Shown piece by piece: positions 21,792 through 33,904 of a stretch of DNA of 64,000 nucleotides (position 1 is the stretch's first letter; every line of letters starts with the position of its first letter). A program made the translations under genes and the position numbers. This DNA comes from Scyliorhinus canicula (lineage: Eukaryota): positions 87,561,519 to 87,625,518 of the forward strand of contig NC_052149.1 of assembly GCF_902713615.1 (NCBI RefSeq), read 5' to 3'. The notes under the pieces are model-generated. The model ran no database searches. It was not told where the DNA came from and saw nothing but the letters and a program-made list of their open reading frames with translations.

Positions 21792-22204
21792 CTCTTTCCT
21801 TAAAGGCACTGATTCATATTACGGTATGATTTTATGGTCTATACCAACTCTCCAGTACCTCATCTAAGTGGCCATACTTCATGTGTGACCCAAGGTGATA
21901 GTGTCACAGTCTCTTGTATTTTGAGAGGGTCACACAACTGAAACTGATCCTATTCTCATACATGCATGTTTTTCAGTAATAGTCACTGGATAGTAAACAA
22001 AATAAATAAACCTAAATGAATTTCCTTCCATTGTAACATTTCCTAGGCCAGGAATTACTGCATTATTTGTAGCATTCTCAAAGTTGTGATTCTCTCAACA
22101 GTTTGAAGGCCATACAGTACAGAAAGAGTAGAGGAAAGTGGAAGAACATAATAAATATGAGCAGGCATAAACCATATCACCTGCGAACATGCTCCATCGT
22201 TCAA

Positions 22205-23250
22205 TAAAATCATAAAAACATAGAAAATAGGAACAGGAGTAGGCCATTCAGCCCCTCGAGCCTGCTCCTCCAATTAATATGATCATGGCTGATCCTCTAC
22301 CTCAACATCACACTCCCGTGCTCTCCCCATATCTCATGACACCTTTAGTGACGAGAAATCTATTTCCTTCTTAAGTGTATTTAATGACTTGGCCTCCACA
22401 ATCTTCTGTGCTAGAGAATTCCACAGGTTCACCACCCTCAAGAGTGAAGAAATTTCTCCTCATCTCAGTCCTCAATGGCTTACCCCGTATACTGAGACGC
22501 CTTGTTCTGGGCTCCCCAGCCAGAGGAAACATCACCCCTGCATCCAGACTGTCCAGCCCTGTCAGAATGTTATACGTTTCCATTAGAGTCCCTTTCATTC
22601 TTCTAAATTTGAGTGAATACAGGCCCAGTCAACCTAATCTTACCTCACACTACAATTAGGGATGGGCAGCAAATGCTCGCGTAGCCAGCGAAGCCCACAT
22701 CCCGTTAAGATTATTATTTTTTTAATCCTGCCATCCCGGGAATGAGTCTGCTGAAACTTCACTGACTCCCTCTATGACAAGTACATCCTTTCTTAGATAA
22801 GGAGACCAAAACGGCACACAATACTCCAGGGGTGGTCTCACCAAGGTCATATACAGCTGCAGTAAGATATCCTTGCTCCTCTTGCAATGAAGGCTAATGT
22901 ATCATTTGAGTGATCTTCAGTTTCAACTCGACTTTCCTGCTGCTCCACATATCCCTCGATTCCCTGAGACACCAAACATCTGTCCATCTCAGCCTTAAAT
23001 ATATTTAATGATGGAACATCCACAACCTTCTGGGGTAGAACATTTCTAAGATTCGCAATCCCTTGAGTGAACAAATTTCCCTAATCTCAGACCTAAAGTA
23101 TTGTCCCTTTATCCTGAGACTGCAATTCCATGTTCTAAAATTCCATGCCAGGGCAAACAACCCTGTTAAGCCCCTTCCGAATCTTGTCATGTTTCAATGA
23201 GATCACCTCTTACTCTTCTAAGCTCCAGAAAATATCATTCCAATTTACAA
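22205..23250 (-). mobile_element. Stacked CR1-clade LINE 3' fragments
   Basis: ORFs 22371..22598(-) (ETYNILTGLD..LRTEMRRNFF) and 22847..23074(-); CR1 tail (CATAGAAAATAGGAACAGGAGTAGGCCATTC on the + strand). Confidence 0.75.
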
Positions 23251-25016
23251 TGCCATCCCAGAGCCCAATTGGGAAGAAAAATGATAAATGCACAAAGTTG
23301 AATGTCCTATTGGATATCACTGCAGCAGCAAGCCCTCAAAAGTTGTGCACACTGAAGCATGCCGAATTTTGGGATCCTTACATTTACTGTGTTTAGTTAG
23401 CTAGCCAAGGGAACAACATGATTACTCAAAGGGATGTTAAAAATTGTTTGCATGCACCCACCACACTTTTGACCCTCACCTCTCTCTCTCTCTCCTCCTA
23501 ATAGCTCTCAATCTGTTGCACAACTTTCACAAACATTTCCACCATTCTGGAATCTCTCCGCAAACACATTCAACATTGTTATCTATCCCACTCTCAGGAG
23601 TCTCCAATCTTCAACCATTGCTTTTGGCTACTTCCCCTTACTTAAGCTTGTTCAAAAGCATTACTCACACCTATATTTTCTTGCATAATTTCCTTAACTG
23701 CTAAAGTCCAGATTTTAAAAATGCCTTTGATTTGGTGCAAGTTGACACAGCTGTCTAAGATACAAAGTCACTAGCTTGCCATTTGATATCAAAATAGACA
23801 ACAAATAAACTTTCCAAAAACTGCTGAAGCCAAATAAAACAATTCATTTCAGAACCCACACACATTTGAAACAATAGGTTTAAACACAAGGATTCGGTAA
23901 CTTTATTTTATTTTTTTGCTTTTATTCTTTTCCCACTTCTCCCCACCTAAATTAGATTACTTTGCCCTAGAGAATTGGTTTATTGCATTTACTGCCAATT
24001 ACTTTAAAGCAACGTAACTTACTAACTTGTTGCCAAAGGCTAAAATCCCAAGCATAATCTTGCTGGAGGGCCACCTTGGGAATGCACCATAGAGCAATGG
24101 CACATAGCGTCTGTCCCTGCGATTCTCCCACACAGCGAGCTCTTGATTACCATCTCCAGCATTGCCAAATGATGGCTGGTCTCGTCCCAATAGAAAGAGG
24201 AAAAATAACTGCAGGTCCAACAGTTCTAGTTTGATGAAGTCCTTTCACTTGACATCTTTTACTAGGTAGCAAGAAGACAAGAGAGAGAACCACGCCAAAT
24301 GCCAATATCCAACAATCTTTCAATATCCCACAGGCTATGAATGGAAATCTAGAGGCATATAACATAATCAGCCTGCTGATGGCAAAAGATGGAACATAGG
24401 GTTCAAAAGTCGAAGATGTACAACTGAATTGATTTATGTCTTCAGAAACTAAAATATATTTTCTATTGTGTATGCTACCATATTCCCTATTCAATACATG
24501 GCATTGGGGCACAGGCTCATCGTTGGATAGAGGCCTAAGACTGTTACTCTGCAACTAACCTATGCTATTCCCGAGTGTTTAACGTTGACGCCAAGAGATG
24601 GTTGAAATGGGAATGTTTCATTCTTCAGCCCAGGATCATACAGCTTGAAAAATGCCTGCCCCTTCTGGTCAGAGCAAGAAAGAAATGAAGTAATTGCATT
24701 GAGATGCTCACAGAGCAAGGCACCCAATGCATAATTATTTTTACCTATTCATATTTCGTTCAGGTTAGGAAGCAGCCAGGAAAGTGTGGGTCTCTAATGT
24801 CAGTAAGGCTGTTTATAGTGGTATTACATAGAATTGTAGAAACATTACAGCACAGAAGGAGGGCATTCGGCCCATCTGGTCCATGCCAGCCCAAGGGCAC
24901 CCTTTTCCAGTCCCACCTTCCCTTCAGCTTAGAGTCACTTAAATATCAACTATTTCCACTTTCATTCTGGAGGAAAGAAAATCACAACCTTTTCTTTTCC
25001 ATAAAATAATGTCTAA

Positions 25017-25333
25017 CAGTGGTTAGCACTGTTGCTTCACAGCGCCGAAGACCTGGATTCGATTCCCGGCTTTGGTCATTGTCTGTGCGGAGTCTGCACG
25101 TTCTGCCCGTGTCTGCGTGAGTTTCCTCCGGCTGCTCCGGTTTCCTCCCACAGTCCAAAGATGTGCAGGTTAGGTGGATTGGACATGCTAAATTGCCTTT
25201 AGTGTCCAAAAAGGTTATGGTGGGGTTACGGGGATAGGGTGGAGGTGTGGGCTTCAGAAGGGTGCTCTTTCCAAAGGCCGTGCAGACTCGATGGGCTAAT
25301 GGCCACCTTCTGCACTGTAAATTCTATGATTCT
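25017..25333 (+). mobile_element. HE1/V-SINE-type SINE with LINE-like tail
   Basis: A-box TGGTTAGCAC, B-box GATTCGATTCC, V-domain-like core, tail ATTCTATGATTCTA. Confidence 0.88.
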
Positions 25334-25984
25334 AACATTAGTCCAGCATGTTTTGGGTGGGAAATCATTCTGGAAAATATTAAATAAGGCATAAGAATTA
25401 AAATGGCCCAGCTCCACACACCGAGATCCCATGATAGGTTCTTTCCCAACATCACCCTTAGTTTTCCATAACATGATCCGAATAAAAGTTAAGGCCAATG
25501 TCTTTAGGAGAGGAGTAATGGGGGAGGAATGGGGCAAAGAAACAAAAATTAATTCTACTAATACATTTTATGTACTAATCTGGTCAGTCAGTACCGAGGT
25601 GAATTTCCAGTCTGTGGTGTTGGATGGTGACACAGCCCATATTCTCTGACGCACGCTGACAGAAAGTGCTTGCCCTGCAGCAAACATGCCTCATGTGAAC
25701 TGAACTCGGGACAGCAACTGGACAGATGCCCACTACTCAAAGGTCTGCCTGCCAGGTCACACATGGGATGGGGAGGGGGGAGAGGAAGCAACTATGAAAC
25801 AGGAAAGGGGGTTGGCTTCAATGAAAGAAGAGAACATCTCTTCTAAGCTTCTCCATTTTAAGACGACTTTGGGGGCAATTTTAAAAACTTAATCCTCAAG
25901 ATAATGGCAAGGTTAGCAGTTATTATAATGTTACAATTATTATTACATCCTGATTATAATTATTATATATAAAGTAGAATAGAC

Positions 25985-26302
25985 GGTCACAGAATCCCTA
26001 AACTGCAGAAGGAGACCATCTGCCCATCGACTCTGCACTGATCCTCCGAAAGGGCACCCCACCTAGCCCCAATCCCGCACACTATCCCCGTAACCCCACC
26101 TAATCTACACATCGTTGGACACTGAGAGGCAATTTAGTGTGGCCAATCCACCTAACCTGCACATTTTAGGACTGTGGGAGGAAACCGGAGGACCCTACAC
26201 AACCATGGGAAGAAAGTGCAAACTCCACACAGTCACCCAAGGCCGGATTTGAACTTGGGTTCCTGGTACTGCAAGGCAGCAGTGCTAACCACTGTGCCAC
26301 CC
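25985..26302 (-). mobile_element. HE1/V-SINE-type SINE
   Basis: Reverse complement of the same SINE (GTGCTAACCACTGTGCCACC; GGCCAATCCACCTAACCTGCACAT). Confidence 0.82.
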
Positions 26303-26319
26303 TTTAAATGTGAATAATT

Positions 26320-26820
26320 AAATTTGAAATTGTCCATTTTGTCAGGAAGAATTTTTAAAATCCTAATTGCATGAATCATAAAAGACTAGTATGCAGGTAC
26401 AGAAAGTAATTAGGAAAGCTAATAGAATATTATTATTTATTTCAAGGAGAATTGAATACAACATTGGTGAGATGACATCTAGAGCACTGTGTGCAGTATT
26501 GGTCTCCTTATTTAAGGAAGGATGCAAGTGTGTTGGAAGCAGATCAGAGAAGGTTTACCAGACTAATACCTGGAATGGCCGGGTTGTATTATGAGGAAAG
26601 GTTGGACAGGATCAGCTGGAGTTTACAAGGGTAAGAGGCAACTTAATTGAAACATACAAGATCCTCAGGGGTCTTGACAGAGTGGATGTGGAGAAGATAT
26701 TTCCTCCTTTGGGAGAATCAAGAAGCAGGCGTCACTATTTAAAAATAAGTCATCACCCACTGAAGACAGACATGAGGAGAACTCTCTTCCAAACGAGGCA
26801 GTGAGAGCAGAATCTTTGGC
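26320..26820 (+). mobile_element. CR1-clade LINE fragment
   Basis: QVQKVIRKANRILLFISRRIEY; LEHCVQYWSPY; LIETYKILRGLDRVD. Confidence 0.75.
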
Positions 26821-27748
26821 CTGAATTCTCTGTTGATTCTGCTTTGGCCTGGATTGCTCCTGCCAGTGGAGAATCATTACTGGTCTCTGCTGGCACAAGG
26901 AGCAGGGCCTCGTATTCGAGCCTCTCCCTTAAGCATGCTAATTTATGCATGGATGAGAGCTTGCTGGATTCAAAAAAAGTAAACTTCACTGTACAAAATG
27001 GAGCCTGAGTTTGGCAGAACATTCCGAAACACCAGCACCAATCATCATCGAGAGCCAATCAAGTCCCGGGAAATCAAAATAGCTGATTGGCTGCCAGCCA
27101 AGTCCATTAAAATATGATCACTGGGCCACACCAAATATCACATGTATTGGGGGGGGGGGGGGGGGGGGGGGGTGACCTGAGGACAGACCACATAGCATAC
27201 CTGCCGGAGCATTTCAGCAATCATCCAGATACAGAAGTTATAACAGCCAAGATAACAAAAAAAATAAAGGCATACACAAGGGAAATCAGGTTTAAATAGG
27301 AGGATCCTTACAATATGTAGCTTCAACTTCTACTCCTGCCTTCAGCTTTGTTTGTATTTCTCCAGAAAGAGATAATACAACAGCGCCTTGGAGCATGAAC
27401 TTGCAGTCCCCTCTCAGTATAAGAGCATTCATCCTCCCACATCTTGCTCTTGCTGATGTTTCTCAGTCAACCAGCCCAGGCTGCTGCCACTTATGCTTAG
27501 ATTACGCAATTCACAAACTGGGCTTCTAGGCACAGAGCTTCTTAAAGACACCTTGCAAGGCTATCTGCAGGCTCTTCCACCGAAGAATCAGCAACTTTCC
27601 ACCAGCCTTGCTGGTGCTACGGGGGTGACACTGCATAGGAGGATTAGTACAGCACATGGAATAAAGGCGCTGAGGGAATACACACGGGTGATTAGTTGAC
27701 TTTTGTGTGGAATATTGAGTCTATGCGTGTGCTCTGCTCTAAAGGTAA

Positions 27749-27927
27749 AGGCCAGAATTCTCTGGTCATTGAGATTCTCTTTTCCCGCTGGTAGCACACT
27801 CCCGTCCATGGATTTCCTGGCAGCATAGGTTGTTGTCAATGGGAAATCCCATTGACAAGTGGCGAGATGAGAGAATCCTGCCACCAACGAAAGGCGCACA
27901 TGGCTGGGGAATTGGAGGATCCCACCC
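27749..27927. mobile_element. Short Harbinger-type MITE
   Basis: Starts GGCCAGAATTCTC; internal palindrome TGTCAATGGGAAATCCCATTGACA; same family as 955-1119. Confidence 0.5.
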
Positions 27928-28148
27928 AAAATTTAACTAAAACCGGATTACGTGACACACTTCCCTTCCAGTGCTGTTCTGCCAATATCCTTGAAAGGTA
28001 TATTACAAGTATTAGCCTGTCAGATGTGTGAAAGCAAGTAATTAAATTTAAAGTACAACGGACACTGAATTTCTACAACTTTAGCAACTAGGAATAACCA
28101 GCACTCATTTAATCAGAAATAGAGCGGAAAAATGCACAATAGTTTAAT

Positions 28149-28866
28149 GGTATTCTCCGCTCCCGATAAAAATCGGGATGGCCGTCGTGAAATCGGCCGA
28201 GCTTCACGACGGCCTTGGGGCCTGCTCCCCGCACCTAATTCACCCCCATCCGGGGGGCTAGGAGCGGGCCCCCGTCGTTCCCGGCTGCGACCTTGTCGTG
28301 CCGGAAATGACGCGAAAACGGCACTTTTCTGATGTCATCCGCGCATGCATGGGTTGCTGGTTCCAACCCGTGCATGCGCGGATGAAATCAGCGCGCAGAC
28401 GGCACGACTCCGCACATGCGCGGTGCCGTCTTTCTCCACCGCCGCCCGGCAAGACGTGGCGGCTTCATCTTGCCGGGCGGCGGAGGGGAAAGAGTGCGTC
28501 CGATTTGGACGCTGGCCCGACGATCGGTGGGCACCGAACGCAGGCCTGTCCCCTCCCGAGTACAGTCGCGGTGCACCCGTCCAAATCGGGCCCCGAGATG
28601 CCCCAAACGGACATCTGGCATCCATTTCACGAATGCAGCAACCAGATGTGGTTGCTGCCGTGGTGAAACGGGCGTGAAGGGCCGGCCGCTCGGCCCATCG
28701 GGCTTGGAGAATAGCCGTTCGCCATGAAAAACGGCGAGCGGCACTTTTTCCGAGCCCGGGGGGGGGGAGGGAAGAGAATCGCTGGGGTCGCCAGGGGGGC
28801 GTAAAAAATGTCGGGAGGCCCTCCCACGATTCTCTCACGCCACGTGTGGAGCGGAGAATTCCGCCC
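28149..28866. mobile_element. Young CpG-rich non-autonomous Harbinger-type element
   Basis: Inverted ends ATTCTCCGCTCC and GGAGCGGAGAATTCCGCCC; subterminal hairpins; CpG retained in an AT-rich context. Confidence 0.65.
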
Positions 28867-29287
28867 GAGATCTTTTTCTATAGAACTCCAGGGCATATCC
28901 TGTAGGAATTCTGATTGTTTTTAACAGGTTATTTGTTGAATTTTCCCATAATTTGGGATCTACCTCGAACATGGGCATTGGACCTTTTCATCTAAAATTG
29001 GAAGGACTTTGCTCAACTTTGTTGAAAAATGCTGTTAGGTTTCCATAAATAGACAATTTTTCTGTCTCATTTGCTACAGAGGGAGAAGAAGCTTTCATTC
29101 ATTTACATTTTTCTTAATTCTGTAATAGAAAGTATGGGTATCAGACCAAGTCTTACTGACTGTGGGCCCATTCCAGTCAGTGGCATAGGCAGAAAATTCA
29201 AACTAATGCCTGCACAGTCCCTGCAAATGCTCACTCTGAGCACCATCAACCAGCAACCCATACTCCCAGCATTTCTCCAGTCAACTG

Positions 29288-31100
29288 TGTTATGTCACTA
29301 GGTTCAATAATATGTATTGTTAGTAGTTGCTGTATATCCAGAAGGTCTGATAGTGTGATCCTGAAGAAACCACGAGTCTTCAACTTAAAGAAAACTAATT
29401 TATTAAATAACAATCAATTATAATTGAGTTTGACACCCTCCAGAACTATCCCCCGTAATCAAGTAATTAAATATTAATCAAATAATTAAGTAATTAAATA
29501 TTAATGTATTCCATCATGGTATTGGATTCATCTACCGTGAGTATTGAGCTTTTCAACCATGTTGCTGATGGTATGATCATCATATCGGAATAACTCAGCC
29601 ATGTCGGAGTAGTATTCTTCAATAAACAAATCGTCATCTTCAGTTTTGGATTTGTTATTGTGCTCTTCAGTTTTAATGCTTCAAACTGCTTGTTCCGTGG
29701 TGCTGCGAACATTATGTTCAACTGCTGGTTGAAATTCAGGCATTGTTCTGCCTTTCGAGGTAAAGAATTTGGGTTTGGTAACTTTAAAACTGTAATTTAG
29801 AATTTTTGAGCTGTTTCCCTTTAAGTGGGCGTGGTCTGAGTCTTCTGACGTCATGACGGCCGTGACGTCATGCATAATCATCGATTGCGCATGCGCAAAT
29901 CAATCTTCTTCCAGAGTGCGCTCTTTTTTTCAACTGTTCATGCGCAGCTTCTCGCACATGCACAGAACTGTATTTTGACGGTTTGCGTCTTTTCTGGATG
30001 TGTGCATGTGTGTACTCACTTGAATATTCTCGCTCAAGATGGATGCCATCCAAAACGTGCTTCTCCATCGAGTGCGATACTGCCTCTACCTCGTGGTAAA
30101 TTTTCGCACCATTTTCACAGATCTTATATTCTAGGTAATGATTCTTTGATTGCTACTGAGCAAGGTATTTTTCAATAGCGATTTCTAAAGTTAAATCCGT
30201 TTGTCTCAGTAATTTTTCTCTGAGGTGCTCATCATTGATAGATGACAAAAACACAATTTGGTCCCAAATCTTAGAATCATGCAGCGTTAGAAAATTACAG
30301 GATATTGCTAGCAGCCTGAAGTCTATTACAAGGCTGTTAAGGGATTCAACTTTTTTCTGTAATCTCTTCGTAAATATGTAGCGCTCAAACGTTTCATTAG
30401 TTTGAATTTTACAGTGGCTACCAAATTTTTCAAGAATTACATTAAACTTTGTTATGTCTTGACCTGCTGTGTACTGAAATGAATTGTAGATCTCTATTGC
30501 GTGTGGACCAGCCATAGTTAATAACAGACCAATTTTATGAGCATCTGTGGCATTAGTTAAGTCTGAAGCTTCTAAGTAAAGCTGAAATTGTTGTTTGAAC
30601 AAACGCCAGTTTACATTTAGGTTACTGGTGATCCTTAGCTGTCGAGGAGTTTGTGTTCTGTCCATCGAGCTGGGAATCATCAAAGTTTGGCCAGAAGATG
30701 ATGCTTCGGTTGCCGAATACCTGCTAAGTTTTTTTACTTTTTTCTAATCTTAATATACTATTCTAGGTAGTTTATGTAGCCAATCCTGGTACCAGTTATA
30801 TTACTGGGTTCAGTAATATGTATCATTACTTGTTGCTGTATATCCAGAAGGTCTGATAGTGTGATCCTGAAGAAACCACGAGTCTTCAACTTAACGCAAA
30901 CTAATTTATTAAGTAACAATCAATTATAATTTAGTTCGACACTCTGCAGAACTATCCCGAGTAATCAAGTAATTAAATGCTAATCAAATAATTAAGTAAT
31001 TAAATATTAATGTATTAACTGATTCAAAACTACATGTGCTAACTATGCTGTGATTTGCCTATCATACACTACTGCTGTCTAGTCACTCCTGGGTTGAAAG
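29288..31100 (-). mobile_element. Internally deleted Gypsy/Ty3 LTR retrotransposon (LTR, PBS, gag, partial LTR)
   Basis: ~220-bp direct repeats at 29288-29510 and 30794-31017; PBS-like TGGTACCAGGA on the minus strand at ~30784-30794; gag between them; no pol. Confidence 0.8.
30153..30683 (-). pseudogene. Gypsy gag N-terminal region
   Basis: NWRLFKQQFQLYLEAS..KIGLLL..G..AIEIYN..NETFERYIF..R.Q...ES..DQIV...LREKLLRQ..LTLE.AI; frameshifted downstream. Confidence 0.85.
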
Positions 31101-32849
31101 AGACCAAGATCCTCTGGGAGCTGATACTAACTTACTTTGAAGTAATTGTTCATATTCCCTTTCTCTGTAATGTTAACTATCTTGTCTACTTTTACAAGAT
31201 TACTTATTCAACATCTTTCAGTTTTATTCAGTATTTCAATAAAGCCCCGACCCCTGACTTTGGGGATGAGTCTTATGATGCTTCTCTGCACCTCCTTTAG
31301 CACTTGATTGTCTTCCTCATATCAGGTGCCCAGGTGCCAGGGTGGCCCTGCCTAGCGCCAGGACCTGAGAGGAGCCACGCCCCTGAAAGGGGCAAGGGGG
31401 CATGAAGTGTGGGGGGAGTGAAGGATGGGTATGAAGGGGCCTCCAAAAGGTTGGGGGGGTAAATGAAGTGTGGGGGTCCTGAAAACTGGGGGGGGGGGGC
31501 CTCAGCAACCCCATAGTAGAGTGTCCTCCCTTGGGGGGCGGGGGAGGGTTTGGGGTAATTTGCATGACTGGAGGGTAACATTGCCCGTGGGTGGGGGGTG
31601 TAGGGGACCCCCAAGCTCACTAAGAGACCGGGGCACCTTTTCAAAATGAAGGCCCAATCTTGGAGGAGCCGATCTGACCAGCAGGTTCAGCTCCCCATTG
31701 CTGAAAAAAATCCTAAACGTGGACTAGACCGGCGAGAAACTCCTTAAGCCCCCCAAAAATGACTAAGTATGGGTAAATACCGGTGTGGATTTCATCAAGA
31801 AAGCCAATGGGAAACACCCCACCAAACTCGCTCAAAATGACACTTCGAAATGTTTCCATTAAATCGGGTCCTAAATGTCTGTGGTGTTGTACCTTGGTTT
31901 TCATTTAATTTGTACATGTTGCTCCATTGGATTCTATAAAAATGTGAATTTACCATATGTAGTCATTTTGTGTACTGATAATCTTTACTTCATTTCTTGG
32001 ATTATGTGGTTTTAGTTTTAGAGTAGACTGTCAGTTCTGTAGCTGAGCCAGTGGCTGCGACCATACTTGTTTCTTTTAGGATATTGTTTTACTTAAACTT
32101 ATTACACGCATGAACAGAAACCTCACTTGTTTTTGCTCCTCTTGCCAAACCCAGTGAAATATGGTCACACAGGATGAAATCTGTTTATTAAGTTGAAGTG
32201 TGTTTATTCTTCCACTAGTTTTCATAAATCTTTCAGGATCTTACTATGATATTGGCGGAATGCAACTATTGCTTCTGCTGGTGGTCTTGATAATAATTGC
32301 CCCAGCAGAAAGATACGTCACATTAAGATTGTTTGCCCTAGACATTCCACAGCCTGAACTCAAATGGGAGATCCAATGAGTAAGCAATTTTGGGCTCATG
32401 ATCTCATTATCATGTAGAAGGTGTTGTGGTAGACGCCTGTGATTGGGGAAGATCATGGGTATTTGGAGGAGGAATGGCTGAGCCTCAAAGTGCGAATGGG
32501 TTGGGGGGGGCTGGCGTAGAGGTCAGGAATGAACATTGCGGCGATATGCAGTATTGTTGTAGGGCCTCAAAAGTGCAATCAGTGGCGGGGGTGCGAGGAG
32601 ATCCGGGTCAGGAATCTTGGGACCAAGAATGATGGAGGTTAAAGTGAATACTAACCTTTTTTTCCCTTTGTTACTGCTTAGCATTGGTTTTCCTGGAGGC
32701 ATGCAGCACTGGCACTGGCTGCCTCAGGTGCAAACCAATGTTGCAAGAAGAGAAGTGTTAGGTCCCATACTTGTGTAAGCTCATGGCGTAACATCTATTT
32801 CCAGGGCTGCGGGTTCAAGTTCAGGTTTTCATGGAACTGATTTCTTACT

Positions 32850-33080
32850 CTGCAATCTTTTCTGAAAACGCCAATTATATTGAAACTGCATTTCAAGATG
32901 AGTGTTGATATACATAGTCAAAGAAAATATGCCAACATTCTTTTAGGGTGATGTAAATAATACTTCAGTGAAGTTAAGGAAGTTATCTGATAGTTCACCG
33001 TATAAAATCTGCACTGGTATTTCTGCTTTCATATCAGCTTACTTCAGGATATAAGTATATTCTGAGCTGCAATCATTTCA
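32850..33080 (-). mobile_element. Highly decayed RTE-clade LINE fragment
   Basis: Minus strand encodes IPVQILYGELSD, matching the RTE C-terminal P-K-Q-x-L-Y-G-E-L motif. Confidence 0.35.
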
Positions 33081-33904
33081 ATTTACACAGAGTATTTGGA
33101 CTTTAACCTGGTGTTGCAAGACTTCTTGCAGTGTATTTGAAATAGCTTGTCTTTAATGATTTGATGCAGAGTGTGATCCTGTCATCTCTGCCACACTCAG
33201 CTGAAGGTCTCCGCCATGGCAGAGAGTTGTAGTCCGACAAATTGTCAAAAGAATATCATGAAAAATGTGGTTAGCATTCTGGAAGGTTCACATGACTGAT
33301 ACATTATTTTGCATGGGATGTGGGCATCACGGGCAAAGCCAACATTTGTTGCCCATCCTCAATTGCTGTTGAACCTCGTGGCTTGCTAGGCCATTCAAGA
33401 ATAGTGAGCCAGCTGTGGGTCTGGAGTCCTTTGCAGGCCAGACTAAGTAAGGATTGCAATTTCTTTCCCTAAAGTGCATTTTGTTACTTACAAAAATATA
33501 TCAGCAAACCAGATGGATTTTTACGACAATCAATGATAGTTACTAACTCACGATTACAGAGCCTAGTTTGCAATTCTAGATTTTATTAATTGAATTTAAA
33601 TTCCAACCGATTGCTGTGGTGGCATGTCCCCGCAGCATTAGTCTTTGGATTGTTATGGAGGGATTGAGTTTGATGACTGGGATTTTATATTTGTTGGGCA
33701 AGACCCTGAACTGCCAGCCACCCATTTCTCAGCTGAAAAACGAGAAACCATCAACTACAAATATGGCAGAGACCTGTCGAACCTACCTTTTACCTAATCA
33801 GCTTTCAGGCAAACCGACAATTGATGCCGAGCTTTCCTGCTTACAAAGCATGAAAATGAAAGCTTTTGCATGTTTTAGGACTCCAACTGAAACTTCTCCC
33901 ACCT

